The translations under genes and the position numbers were made by a program. This document shows positions 44,266-54,777 of a stretch of DNA of 64,000 bases, one piece after another. Within the stretch, counting starts at the first letter, position 1, and each line of letters begins with the position of its first letter. The DNA comes from an uncultured Planctomycetaceae bacterium. Its GTDB lineage: Bacteria > Planctomycetota > Planctomycetia > Planctomycetales > Planctomycetaceae. The notes under the pieces were generated by a model. That model saw nothing but the letters and a program-made list of their open reading frames with translations. It ran no database searches and was not told the origin of the DNA. The stretch covers positions 352,001-416,000 of the forward strand of contig CAWFGE010000008.1 in NCBI GenBank assembly GCA_963815195.1. Direction: 5' to 3'.

Positions 44266-45207
44266 ATGACGATCACGGAGCCGGAACTTGTTGGCGGAAC
44301 GAGAGTTCCCGTCGTCTTGCTGACGGGTGGAACCGGCTACGTCGGCGGTCAGCTGATCCCGCTCCTGGAACAGCAGAATACGACGCTGCGTTGCCTCGCC
44401 CGTGACCCGGCCAAATTGCGATCCCGTGTTCAGCCCAGCACCGAGATCGTCGAGGGAGACGTACTGGATGGGGCTTCGCTCGACGCAGCGATGCAGGGCG
44501 TCCAGACGGCCTACTACCTCGTCCACCTAATGTCGGGGGCCAGGGACTTCGAGGCACAAGATCGGCAGGCCGCATCGAATTTCGCCCAGGCCGCAAGGAA
44601 AGCGGGAATTCAGCGGATCATTTACCTGGGAGGATTGGGTGACGACACCGACCCGAAGCTCTCACCACACTTGTGCAGCCGTCATGAAGTAGGACGGATT
44701 CTGCGGGAGTCAGGGGCCGAGGTCATCGAGTTTCGGGCCTCCGTTGTGATCGGTGCGGGCAGCCTTTCCTTCGACCTCATCAAGACATTGACCGACCGAC
44801 TGCCGGTGATGATTTGCCCTCGCTGGCTCACCACTCCGACCCAGCCCATCGCCGTGGACGACGTGCTGACCTACCTGCTGGCGGCGAAGGATTTGCCTCC
44901 CGGTGAGAGCCGAATCTTCGAGATCGGCAGTGAGGATGTCACGACCTACGGCGGCATGATCCGTGAATATGCTCGTCAGAAAGGAATGCGCCGCTGGCTG
45001 ATCTTCGTGCCGGTTTTAACGCCGTACCTTTCGAGCCTGTGGCTGGCCCTGGTCACGCCCGCCAAGTTCGAGGTCGGGCGGCATCTCATCGAGGGTCTGA
45101 AGAATCCCACCGTGGTTCGTGACAGGAAGGCGCTGGATGCGTTTCCGATCCGGCCCATGAGCGTGAAGGAAGCCATCTCCAAGGCACTGGCCGGTACAGA
45201 CGCATGA
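44266..45207 (+). CDS. Atypical SDR / NAD(P)-binding epimerase (YbjT-like, short)
   Basis: LTGGTGYVGG, AYYLVH, IIYLGGLG, SPHLCSRHEV, FRASVVIGAGSLSF. Confidence 0.88.
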   Translation: MTITEPELVGGTRVPVVLLTGGTGYVGGQLIPLLEQQNTTLRCLARDPAKLRSRVQPSTEIVEGDVLDGASLDAAMQGVQTAYYLVHLMSGARDFEAQDRQAASNFAQAARKAGIQRIIYLGGLGDDTDPKLSPHLCSRHEVGRILRESGAEVIEFRASVVIGAGSLSFDLIKTLTDRLPVMICPRWLTTPTQPIAVDDVLTYLLAAKDLPPGESRIFEIGSEDVTTYGGMIREYARQKGMRRWLIFVPVLTPYLSSLWLALVTPAKFEVGRHLIEGLKNPTVVRDRKALDAFPIRPMSVKEAISKALAGTDA

Positions 45208-45507
45208 CGATTTCATGCAAAGTGCCAACGCCTCCTTCAACTTCTCGACCGCCACTTCCTTCGCTTTGGCTTCGACCTCAACCGTGATCGTTTTCCTTCC
45301 CCAGCACTCCGGGAAATGGCGGGAGGAAAGCTGTTTCCCCTTTTTCGACAGCCTTGGCTGCTCGAAGTGTGTCATCGGTCCAGGTGGGCTTTCCTGGTCT
45401 GCTATCGTGCCACGACTCGATGTGCCGCCACAGTGTCGTGATCTGCTCCAGGCGTTGAAGGGCGATGGCCCGGTCATGCCCCAAGTAGAACGTCGGTTGG
45501 CTGCCCG

Positions 45508-47008
45508 ATGGTGAAGCTCAGCCTAACATTTTCGAACCCGATTTCAATCGTTCCATCAAGGTCAAGGCCGTCGATGCGCGGCTCACGTCACACTCCGGTG
45601 CCGTTCTGCTGCGGGACTTCGATCATCGGCTCGGACTCACCGAATCGCTCGCGGATCAACTGATCGATCCTCGCCAGCAAGACCGCGTCCGCTATCAAGG
45701 CGTCGAACTGCTGCGGGAAAGAATCTACGCCATGGCCCTGGGAGAGTCCGATCAGGATGATCTCGACCGGCTCGCCCATGATCCCGCCATGAAGATGGCC
45801 GCGTGGGACCGGCCCGGCGAAGAAGTGCTCAATCAACGCCTGGCCAGCCAACCCACTCAATCCCGGCTCATCGATTGGCTGGCCGACTGCAAGACGAATC
45901 TCGAGGCCGTGCGGAGCGCCTTGTTCGACTGGATCCATCGGCATATCAAAAGCACCGGCGACAGCGACCGCCGCGTCCGCTACGCCACCATCGACATCGA
46001 CAGTTTCCCGATGCAGGTTTATGGCCAGCAGCCGGGGGCCCGCTACAACGGTTACTACAAGGAGACCGTCTATCATCCGCTGGTCGCTAGTTTCTCGGTC
46101 GGCGGCGACTACGATACGCGCGGGAAGGCCAGCGGCTGGGGAACGGCTTCATTCATGCCATCCTGCGGCAAGGCAGCGTGCATACGGCCAATGGCATCCG
46201 GCGGTTTATTCGCAACGTGGTCGGCAAGGCCCGGCAACTGGCGTGGAGCTTCGACCTCCGGATCGATGCGGGTTTCATCGCCGGCCCGGTGTTGGATGAG
46301 TTGACCGACGAAAACATCCGTTTTTGCGGGAGAATCAAGAAGAACAACGTGCTGGAAGAGATGGCCGCGCCCTATCTGACACGTCCCGTAGGCCGGCCGC
46401 CCAAAGGGGGATATGAGGACGTGATCGAACTCGGAAAGTACCAAGCCGAGGGCTGGCGTCATCCGCAGCGGGTGATTCTGGTCATCGTCGACAAGCCGGA
46501 GGCGAAGACGGGCCAACTGGCTCTGTTTCCGCGTTACTTCTTCCTGATCACAAACTGGATCGAGGAGCAACGCTCGGCGGATGAGGTGTTGTCGCACTAC
46601 CGCAAGCGCGGCACGTTCGAGGACCGGCTGGGCGAATTCAACGCGGTGATTGGCTGCCGTCTTTCGTCATCGGTGTTTGCGGAGAACGAAGTGACGTTGC
46701 TGTTGGGCCTGCTGGCGTTCAACCTGGCGTCGATGCTGCGGATCGAGTTCGAGGACGAGTTGGGCGGTTGCTGGGACTTGCATCGTTTCCAGCAGTCGGT
46801 GCTGCGGACAGGAGCGCGGGTCGTGAAGCACTCCCGCCGCCTCGTGATTTACATTGAGGAAAGCGTGCGCGCGTTTTGGGCCGCGATGTCTTCCCGCATC
46901 CGATCGCTGCGTCTGGCCAACCTCTGGCCACGTCCGCGTGGAGCTCGCCCGCGGCCCTACACACCTCTCCCACGTCACGCCCATGAGCAACTGGTTCTTC
47001 GGGACTGA
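45508..47008 (+). CDS. IS1380-family transposase (frameshifts at about 45511 and 46120)
   Basis: FEPDFNRSIKV, LTSHSG, DQDDLDRLAHDP, LASQPTQSRL, IDIDS, YHPL, RIDAGF, HYRKRGTFE. Confidence 0.88.
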
Positions 47009-47179
47009 GCAGTTCGCCATCGTGGCATCCGCCTTTCTGTTTCTTTCCTTCACTCACCCAACGATCGCCAGGCCCCAGGGGGAAAGGGGGCGGTCCGCCC
47101 ATCCTCCGCTCCCCAACCACCCGGTGCACTTTCCGCCACGGAAATACTCACCACGCACGGACCTGATGAATAATCCGGG
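45508..47179 (+). mobile_element. IS1380-family element, left end not recognisable
   Basis: Transposase followed by right terminus GATGAATAATCCGGG ending at 47179, exactly where a serine recombinase ORF is cut. Confidence 0.8.
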
Positions 47180-47461
47180 TTCATAGCCCAGAATGATGCC
47201 AACCTTACCCAAGCCGACGTCGGCGACCATCTGTTGAAAGGCCCCGCGTCCCGCCGTTTGCGTGGCCGATTGCCCTTGATCATCCTCCAGGATGCTGACT
47301 TGTTCCGGCTTCCACCCCAACTCCAACAACCGGGTTTTCAAGGCTCGCTGGTTGTGGGCACTCTCTTGGTTTTTCTCGACCTGCTTCGTCGTGCTCTGAC
47401 GAAGATATACGATCCCGCGGCGATTCAAATGGCTGGTGCTGACTTTCATCGATCCGTTCAT
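47180..47461 (-). pseudogene. Serine recombinase N-terminal fragment truncated by IS1380
   Basis: HLNRRGIVYLRQST..QV..N.ES...Q, EDDQGQSA, GRGAFQQM, GKVGIILGYE then IS sequence. Confidence 0.88.
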
Positions 47462-47564
47462 GCTCCAGTTCCTCCGTTAGAATGACGACGATTTGCTGGA
47501 TGATCCGCTGCTGCTCTGGAAGAGTCAGACGGTTCCACACCTGGTCCGTGGCAATGGGTGACAT
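47280..47564 (-). CDS. Small hypothetical protein overlapping the recombinase start
   Basis: MSPIATDQVWNRLTLPEQQRII... with a GGAGG-like RBS; tightly coupled to its neighbours. Confidence 0.5.
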   Translation of the reverse strand: MSPIATDQVWNRLTLPEQQRIIQQIVVILTEELEHERIDESQHQPFESPRDRISSSEHDEAGREKPRECPQPASLENPVVGVGVEAGTSQHPGG

Positions 47565-47857
47565 CGGCTTCCCTCCGAGAAAGAATATCCCGAAAGGTAG
47601 TCACCAAATCCTGGAGCGCGTCCGGGGTCAGACAGGAAGTTTTTTGGGGAGGAGCGGTGGAAAGGTTCGTGCTGCTGACGTCGATGTAGGTCATCTCGTC
47701 AGGAAAAATCTCGACTTGATAATACTGACGATAACCTGGCAGGCGGGCTAAGCCGAACAAATCAAATGTTCGGCCATAAAGCGGATGGGCCGGATCGATG
47801 ACGGTGATCTCACCGCGCGATAACTGAGTGACCAGAGGTGTCTTGTGATGGTCGGAC
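47458..47857 (-). CDS. Y4bD/Y4pK (DUF5372)-like protein at the edge of the recombinase element; start unclear
   Basis: ITVIDPAHPLYGRTF motif, which I associate with serine-recombinase elements; TGA/ATG overlap with the recombinase. Confidence 0.6.
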
Positions 47858-48217
47858 CTTTCCCGTCCCCGGTTGGCCGAGAAAACACACATTGAAATGC
47901 TGGGCAATCCACTCCCCGCGGGCCAACTCCAAAATCGTTTGTTTGTGGAGGCCGGGCACCGCTTGGAAGTCGTAATCCTCCAGTCCCTTCTCCACCGGAA
48001 AGTTCGCATTGCGGATCCGGCTGTTCAAGGCATTGGTCTGCCGGGCCGCGACCTCCAGTTCGGTCAACCGGAGCAGGTACTGCTCGAAGGTCTGGTTCGA
48101 GGCACTCGCTTCGCGGGCCAACTTCTCGTACTCGGCCAGGATTGTCGGCAGCCGGAGTTGCTTGAGGTTGGCCTTGAGGAGCATCTGGTTGGCATCGTGT
48201 TTCGGGTTCGGGGACAT
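47858..48217 (-). pseudogene. istB: IS21 helper ATPase, truncated within Walker A
   Basis: LKQLRLP, FPVEKGLEDYDF, NVCFLGQPGTGK then unrelated sequence. Confidence 0.9.
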
Positions 48218-49744
48218 AATCGGAATCTCCTTGGAAGGAGGACAGGAACTGGTCAAAATGGCTCAAGCTCGGACAGGGAACTTGAACCGACAACACGCCG
48301 GGGTGTTCGCACTCGATCGGAGTGGAAATGCCCTCGGACGATGTTTCCGACAGGCGGAGGGCGGAGGCTTCCACGCGGCGAATGATGCGATCGGCATCGG
48401 CTCCTTCGGGGCCGCGAAGTTGCTCGATCGCCGCCTGCACGCGCGAGAGCGGATGCTCGGCCAGCAACTGCAGCACCCGCACGAATTGCCGCACGCCCGC
48501 GTGGGGACCGTGCCGCCTTTCCAAACGCTCGCGGAGTTCGCCGAACACGGCGGGCAGCTTCCAATCGCGATACACGTTCGCATGATCCAAAGCCGCCGGG
48601 CGACGCGTTAATGTGGTCAAATAGTGCAAAGGATCCAGCACATCCTCGCCCGCCTGATAGCTCCGTTTATGGACGGCGATGACGGTTTCGTTCAGCACAA
48701 TCTCGACGCGATCCACATAGCCTTTGACCGTCACCGTTTGAAACGCGGCGTGGCGAGGCACGCTGTAGTTCACGTTGTCGAACCGCGCGAACTGATACTT
48801 GTTGACCTTCGCCGATTGCCGGATGCAGGGATCAAACCGCGGCCCCGGAAGCGGAGCGGATCGCTGTTTTTCCTCCGCAAAGCGCTCCCCAATCGTTTGC
48901 GTCTGGCCGCTGCTGCAGCGATCGTGTTCCTTCAAACAGCACTCGCGAAGATAAGCATTGAACTCTTCCATATCCTTCACCCGAGGCACGGGCGTGGACC
49001 ATTTCCGCTCCAACGTCTTCACGCGGTTTTCCACCACCGGCTTTTCATTGCCCCGCGCAGGCATGCAGAACAGCGGATCGAAAACATAGTGACTGGCGAG
49101 CGCTTGATAACGTGGGTTGATCTTCCGCGACCGCCCCGCCAACAGCGTCTCGGCCACCGTCTTCGGATTGTCCCACCAGACTTCTTCCGGCACACACCCG
49201 AAAAAATCAAACGCCTGCGTCATGCCCTCCAAGATCGCTTCGGTTCGCTGCGTCGGCAGCGCCACCGCGAACGGAAGGTTGGAGTACGACCAGACCAGGA
49301 TCAGCACGTTGACCTTCCGGCGACCGTCGGGGAAGTCCACCGAAATCTCGCCAAAGTCGGCTTCGATTCGCTGGCCGGGCCGATGATCCAACGGGATGAA
49401 CGTCTCAGCATGGTTTTTCCGATGCCGGTTCACGAACCGCCGCACGGCATCATAGCCGCCCGTGTATCCGTCTTCGTCCCGGATCCGCTCGAAGATCCGC
49501 ATCCGCGTATGCCGCTGCTTGGGCGGCGCGGATTCATCCTCTTTGAGAATCTCCAGGATGCGATCGTGAAACCGTCCCAATTGGGGAGCCGCTTGCTGCC
49601 GCCGTAAGGCGTCGGCTCGCCCGCGCCTCGCAAGACCTCACGAATCTTTTTTCGCGAGTGATGAAATGTTCTCTCAATTTCCCTGAGGCTCATGCCATCG
49701 CGATAAGCCCAACGAATCCGTGCATAATCGTCCACCGTGAGCAT
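48200..49744 (-). CDS. istA: IS21 transposase (frameshift at about 49595; 3' end approximate)
   Basis: MLTVDDYARIR HTH, PGQRIEADFG, FFGCVPEEVWWDNPK, PARGNEKPVVEN, YSVP. Confidence 0.9.
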
Positions 49745-49869
49745 CCTCTCCTCCGCTGAAACAGGACCAGACTCCTCCAATCCTGTAGCATGCGAAGTTT
49801 TCTACGGTGGGTCCATTTTCCGCGCCGATCCTGCCCCCGAAGTGGGTCCCAATTGCACGCCGATCTCCA

Positions 49870-50860
49870 GTGTGATCCAAGTTTTCCAACAGAACGCCGA
49901 GCGGTGCCAGAGCAGTTTCCACATCAGCTTCTGCTCGCCTTCGTGCGGCACGTAGATTGAGTTCTTCTTCCTCGGTATCTTGCAGCCGGGGCAAGCCTGG
50001 CCTTTTGCGGATTCGGCGTGGGAATAGATTCTCTCGCAAGCCGTGCACTTTAGCGCGAATCCGCGGGGCACCTTGCCGGAGTTCGGCAAACCCAACGCCT
50101 TGAGCTTGGCGAGTCCGCGCTTCGTATGGCGGCTGACCTGCTGGCGATACCACTGGGCGAACATCGCCATCAGGTTGAGCCACATTTCGCCCATCGGGTC
50201 GTTGATGTCGATATCCGGAAAATCGCCGATGATCAAGTTGATCTTGTGCCGCCGGAAAAACTCGGCCTGATTACACCAGTCCGCCAGATTGCGGAATCCG
50301 CGGTCCAAGAGCGGCAGGATCAAATAATCGCCGGGGCGGAGCCTTTGCATCAATTCGCCCCCGTTCGGCCGCTTGCGGACGGGCATTTTGCCGCTCACGT
50401 TGATGTCCGCCACGATTTCGAGTCCGCGGGCGATCTCCGGCGGGAGTTTCTGCTCGACGATTCTCCGGCAGATGTCGGACTGGCTTTGAATCGAGAGCGG
50501 ATCCCGCTTTTCGACTTGGTACGTGCGATTGCAGAACGGGCAGTCAAATTCGGTTTGCTCTTTGTTCTTGATGCGCAGCGTCCATTCCTGCTGGCAGGCG
50601 GAACATCGGACGGTAATCTCGTCCTTGGAAAGTCGGCAGTAGCCGTAAGCTTTGGGTGTGCGAGGCATGATCTGCTCCGGTTGCCGACGAGCGGCGGCCA
50701 GTTTGTTGCCCGCATCCTTTGGGGAAAGCCGTTCGCATCGCCGGTAGTATTCAGCGTCTTCCCAGTCCTGTTTGGGAATCGGGTAGTTCGGACCAAGCTG
50801 CTCACGCAATCGCTTTGCAAATTGCTTGTTCCACGTTGCGGGTGTGAGTGTTCTTGCCAT
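49870..50860 (-). pseudogene. Serine recombinase with two zinc ribbons, C-terminus cut by IS21
   Basis: AYGYCRLS, SIQSQ, DINVSGK, RPNG, LDRGFRN, GKVPRGF; two CxxC...CxxC pairs. Confidence 0.85.
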
Positions 50861-51516
50861 CGGCTCTGTCCTTTCGTGTTGGGAAAAACGCAGTCGAATC
50901 TGATCGGTTTCCGCCGGTCGTCAACCTATGCGAATCGGCGGGACGGTATTGATCCAAGCGCGGCTTAAGTCAAAACGAGCCGCGCGCCCGTTATAGTGTG
51001 TTCAGTTTAGCGAAATGGTCCGCCCAGTTCGTGTTTAAGATACACTATATATATGAACTAAAAAAATAATAATGCAACAAAAGCCTACAACCTAAGGGTT
51101 ATTCCGCATTGTGAATAGCGAACCACCCCAAGCAGATCAGTTTAGCGTCCCCTGCTTCTCGGCCAATGTTCCCCAGGACGATGATTTGTGTAGGCGCGTT
51201 CGTACTATGCTGCGAGGCCGACAATCCCAAGCCATCGCCACGGCGTACCCTACGTTCCCAGACGCCTCGTCGAACAGGTTGTAACAGCCATCTGGGATTA
51301 GCTGCCGGCTCGCTGAGCCTGGCGGAACTTTTTCTTCTTGTCCCGCGTTCGTTTTTTCCAAGGTTTCTTGGGCGGTCCTGACGGGTGCCAGTGTTCTGAG
51401 CAAACGGCCTGGAGTTGGTCCAACGATGGTCTCGCGCTTGCAACCCGATTGGAGGTGGTTTATCGTCAACGACTTCGTCCACAGCGTGCTTTCGGAAGTT
51501 GATATAAGGATGCCAG

Positions 51517-52827
51517 ATGGTTCGAGTGTTGTTAGCAGTGCTGGTCATAGCGGTCCCGGCGTCTCAAGTTTTCGCCCAGAAGGTGCGGGCGTTTGTGGGG
51601 GCCAAGATCCTGCCGATTGATGGTGAGGAGATCGCGAAGGGCACATTGGTGATCCAAGGGAAGAAGATCCTCGCCGTCGGTCCGTCAGCGGATGTGAAGA
51701 TTCCCGATGGCGTGGAAACCATTGATTGCCAAAACCGGGTGATTATGCCGGGGCTGATTTGCACGCACAGCCACATTGGCGGCGTGGGGGCGGCCGACGG
51801 CAGCGGTCCGATCCAACCGGGCGTGCGGGTGTTGGATTCCATCAACATTCGCGATTCAGGGTTTCGGCGGGCCCTGGCGGGGGGATTGACCACGCTCAAC
51901 GTGATGCCCGGTTCGGGCCACTTGATCAGCGGCCAAACGATCTACGTGAAGTTGCGATTTACCGACCCCAGTCCGGCGAAAATCGAAGATTTGTTTATTC
52001 TCGACAAGGCCGGCAAGCCCACGGGCGGCTTGAAGATGGCCAACGGGACCAATTCCATTCGTGAAGCCCCCTGGCCGGGGACGCGGGGCAAGTCGGCTTT
52101 TTTGGTGCGGGAACAATTTATCAAGGCCCGCGAATACCAGATGAAGATCGCCCGCGCGGGGGACGATGAATCCAAGCGACCGCCCCGCGATCTGCATTTG
52201 GAATCTCTGGTTGAAGCCATGAACGGCCAGCGGGTCGTGCACCATCACACGCACCGTCACGACGACATTGTGACGGTGCTGCGGTTGTCGCGGGAATTTG
52301 GTTTTGATGTCGTGCTGCACCACGTCAGCGAGGGCTGGAAAGTCGCCGACGAAATCGCCCGCGCCAAAGTGCCCTGTTCGATGATTCTGGTCGATTCCCC
52401 CGGCGGGAAATTGGAGGCCCGTTACCTCAAATTCGAGACGGGCAAGATCCTGGATGAGGCCGGTGTGCGGGTCGCGTTTCACACCGATGATTTGATCACC
52501 GATTCGCGGTATTTTTTTCGCATGGCGGCGTTCGCTGTCCGGGCGGGGATGTCGCGAAAGGCCGCTCTCGAAGGTTTGACGCTCGCCGGTGCGGAAATGC
52601 TGGCTTTGGATGACCGAATCGGATCCCTGACGCCGGGCAAGGACGCGGACTTCATCATCCTGGACGGCGATCCGTTGAGCATCTACACCAAAGTCCGCGA
52701 GACTTGGGTCGAAGGCCAAAAAGCCTTCGATCGGGAGAACCCCAAACACCACTTGTATGCTGTCGGCGGCTACGGAGCCGGTCACGATCAATCCCCGTAT
52801 TTCTGTTGTTTCGGGAACCAAAATTGA
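51517..52827 (+). CDS. Secreted amidohydrolase-family protein
   Basis: Signal peptide; PGLICTHSH, KMANG, HHTH, LHH, FHTDD, GSLTPGKDAD. Confidence 0.9.
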   Translation: MVRVLLAVLVIAVPASQVFAQKVRAFVGAKILPIDGEEIAKGTLVIQGKKILAVGPSADVKIPDGVETIDCQNRVIMPGLICTHSHIGGVGAADGSGPIQPGVRVLDSINIRDSGFRRALAGGLTTLNVMPGSGHLISGQTIYVKLRFTDPSPAKIEDLFILDKAGKPTGGLKMANGTNSIREAPWPGTRGKSAFLVREQFIKAREYQMKIARAGDDESKRPPRDLHLESLVEAMNGQRVVHHHTHRHDDIVTVLRLSREFGFDVVLHHVSEGWKVADEIARAKVPCSMILVDSPGGKLEARYLKFETGKILDEAGVRVAFHTDDLITDSRYFFRMAAFAVRAGMSRKAALEGLTLAGAEMLALDDRIGSLTPGKDADFIILDGDPLSIYTKVRETWVEGQKAFDRENPKHHLYAVGGYGAGHDQSPYFCCFGNQN

Positions 52828-52892
52828 AAAGAGGCCAGTCTCGGTTGTCGCCCTTCCGCCAAACCGTCTCCCATTTGGACATCAAAACTCCC

Positions 52893-54149
52893 ATGAGATT
52901 CTTGCGGACCATTCTTTGTTTTCTTGGGCTGTCCCTTCTTGGGGAGCCGGCGACGGCTCAATTGGCGGTCCAGGGCGATCGCGTTTACACGATGGCGGGA
53001 GCGGCAATCCAAGATGGTGTTGTGGTCATCAAAGACGGCAAAATCTCGGCGGTCGGCCGGGCCGCGGATGTGGAGATTCCCGCCGGATTCAAAGTACTGA
53101 AGGCCAAAGTCGTCACGCCAGGGTTGGTGGATGCGCACAGCGTCGTCGGCTTGGCGGGGATTTTGAACTTCAAGCACGATCAGGATCAGTTGGAAAAATC
53201 CAATCCCATCCAACCCGAACTGCGGGCTCTGGATGCCTACAATGCCCAGGAAGACCTGATCGAATGGGTCCGCAGCTTTGGAGTCACCACCCTGCATACG
53301 GGGCATGCGCCGGGCGAACTCATTTCCGGCCAAACGCTGATCGTGAAAACCGTCGGCAAGACCGTCGAAGACGCGGCGATGGTCAAAGCCCGAGCGATCG
53401 CCGCTACGCTGTCTCCCATCGCGAAAAAAGACGACAAGAAACCGCCGGGCACGCGCGGCAAAATGGTTTCGATGTACCGAGCCGAGTTTGTGAAAGCCCA
53501 GGAGTATCTCAAGAAACAGCAGACCGCCCAAGCTGGCGGAAAAGAGGGCGAAGGCGGCAAAGAGAAATCGCCCGAGCCACCGGCACGCGATCTCAAGTTG
53601 GAAGCCCTGGCCCAAGTCCTGAAGGGCGAATTGGCGCTGATGGTCACGGCCGATCGCGCTCAGGACATTTCCAGCACGCTCCGGCTCGCCAAGGAGTTTA
53701 AGATCAAACACCTGTGGCTTGATAGTGCGGCCGAGGCATATTTGGTCATCGATGAAATCAAATCCGCGAAGGTTCCGGTGATTTTGCATCCTACGATGTC
53801 GCGGGCCGTGGACGAGAAAGAAAACCTCAGCTTTGAAACGGCGGCCAAATTGGTGAAAGCTGGGATTCCGGTGGCGATTCAAAGCGGGTACGAATCCTAT
53901 GTTCCCAAGACCCGTGTGATCCTGTTTGAAGCCGGCATGGCGGCGGCGAATGGCTTAACTTTTGAGCAGGCTCTGGGCACAATTACGATTGAGCCCGCCA
54001 AGATTCTGGGTGTGGAAGATCGTGTGGGTTCGCTCGCCGTCGGCAAGGACGGCGATGTTGCCCTCTACGACGGCGATCCATTCGAGTACACCACGCACTG
54101 CATCGGCGTCGTCATCAACGGCGAAATCGTCAGCGAAACCAAGCGATAG
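52893..54149 (+). CDS. Secreted amidohydrolase-family paralog with degenerate metal site
   Basis: Signal peptide; PGLVDAHSV, GSLAVGKDGD. Confidence 0.88.
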   Translation: MRFLRTILCFLGLSLLGEPATAQLAVQGDRVYTMAGAAIQDGVVVIKDGKISAVGRAADVEIPAGFKVLKAKVVTPGLVDAHSVVGLAGILNFKHDQDQLEKSNPIQPELRALDAYNAQEDLIEWVRSFGVTTLHTGHAPGELISGQTLIVKTVGKTVEDAAMVKARAIAATLSPIAKKDDKKPPGTRGKMVSMYRAEFVKAQEYLKKQQTAQAGGKEGEGGKEKSPEPPARDLKLEALAQVLKGELALMVTADRAQDISSTLRLAKEFKIKHLWLDSAAEAYLVIDEIKSAKVPVILHPTMSRAVDEKENLSFETAAKLVKAGIPVAIQSGYESYVPKTRVILFEAGMAAANGLTFEQALGTITIEPAKILGVEDRVGSLAVGKDGDVALYDGDPFEYTTHCIGVVINGEIVSETKR

Positions 54150-54199
54150 GGCGAGACCGACCTCACCCAGGCTTCCTGTCGCTTGATGGAGAAATCATC

Positions 54200-54762
54200 A
54201 TGCCACAACTTTCAAATCGCCGTTCTTTCTTGCAAAGTTCGGGTCTGGGATTAGCGGGTTCATTGGTGGTTCCGGCTGTTTTGCGGTCCGCTTCCCCGAA
54301 CGAAACGGTTCGGCTGGCCAGCATTGGCGTCGGCGGAAAGGGCTGGACCGATCTCACCTCTGCCGCGAAACACTGCGACGTGGTGGCCTTCTGCGACGTG
54401 GACGCGGGTCAGAACGGTCGTCGCGGCGGATACGGGACCGCGGCCGAGAAATGGCCCCAGGCCCGCCGGTACACCGACTGGAGAGAACTGTTCGACAAGG
54501 AACAGGGCCGGATCGATGCCGTGACCGTCAGCACGCCGATCACATGCACGCCCCAATCACAATGACCGCGCTGCAACAGGGCCTCGCGACTTACACGCAA
54601 AAGCCGCTGACGCGCACCATCCACGAAGCCCGACAACTCGCGCTGGCCGCCAAAAAAGCCAAAGTGGCCACGCAAATGGGAAATCAGCATCATAGCGGGG
54701 CCGGTTATCGCACGCTGGTCAAGATGGTGCAAGGCGGCCTGCTGGGAAAGATTCGATCGGCT
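54200..54762 (+). pseudogene. Gfo/Idh/MocA oxidoreductase with Tat signal, truncated
   Basis: SNRRSFL, IGVGGKG, CDVD, DAVTVST(P)DHMH, QKPL, TQMGNQ; ends abruptly against IS21 sequence. Confidence 0.88.
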
Positions 54763-54777
54763 GCATTAAGTTCCCAA

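Larger units (their letters stand above)
47858..49869 (-). mobile_element. IS21-family element 1 (left end intact)
   Basis: Minus-strand end TGGAGATCGGCGTGCAATTGGGACCCAC plus a second copy GATCGGCGCGGAAAATGGACCCAC. Confidence 0.88.

Noticed and set aside
45205..45505. Possible gene remnant between the SDR gene and IS1380
   Set aside because: No frame gives a family I can recognise, and no IS1380 left inverted repeat was found.
51099..51548. 149-aa minus-strand ORF
   Set aside because: Overlaps the amidohydrolase start region and has no motifs or clear RBS.
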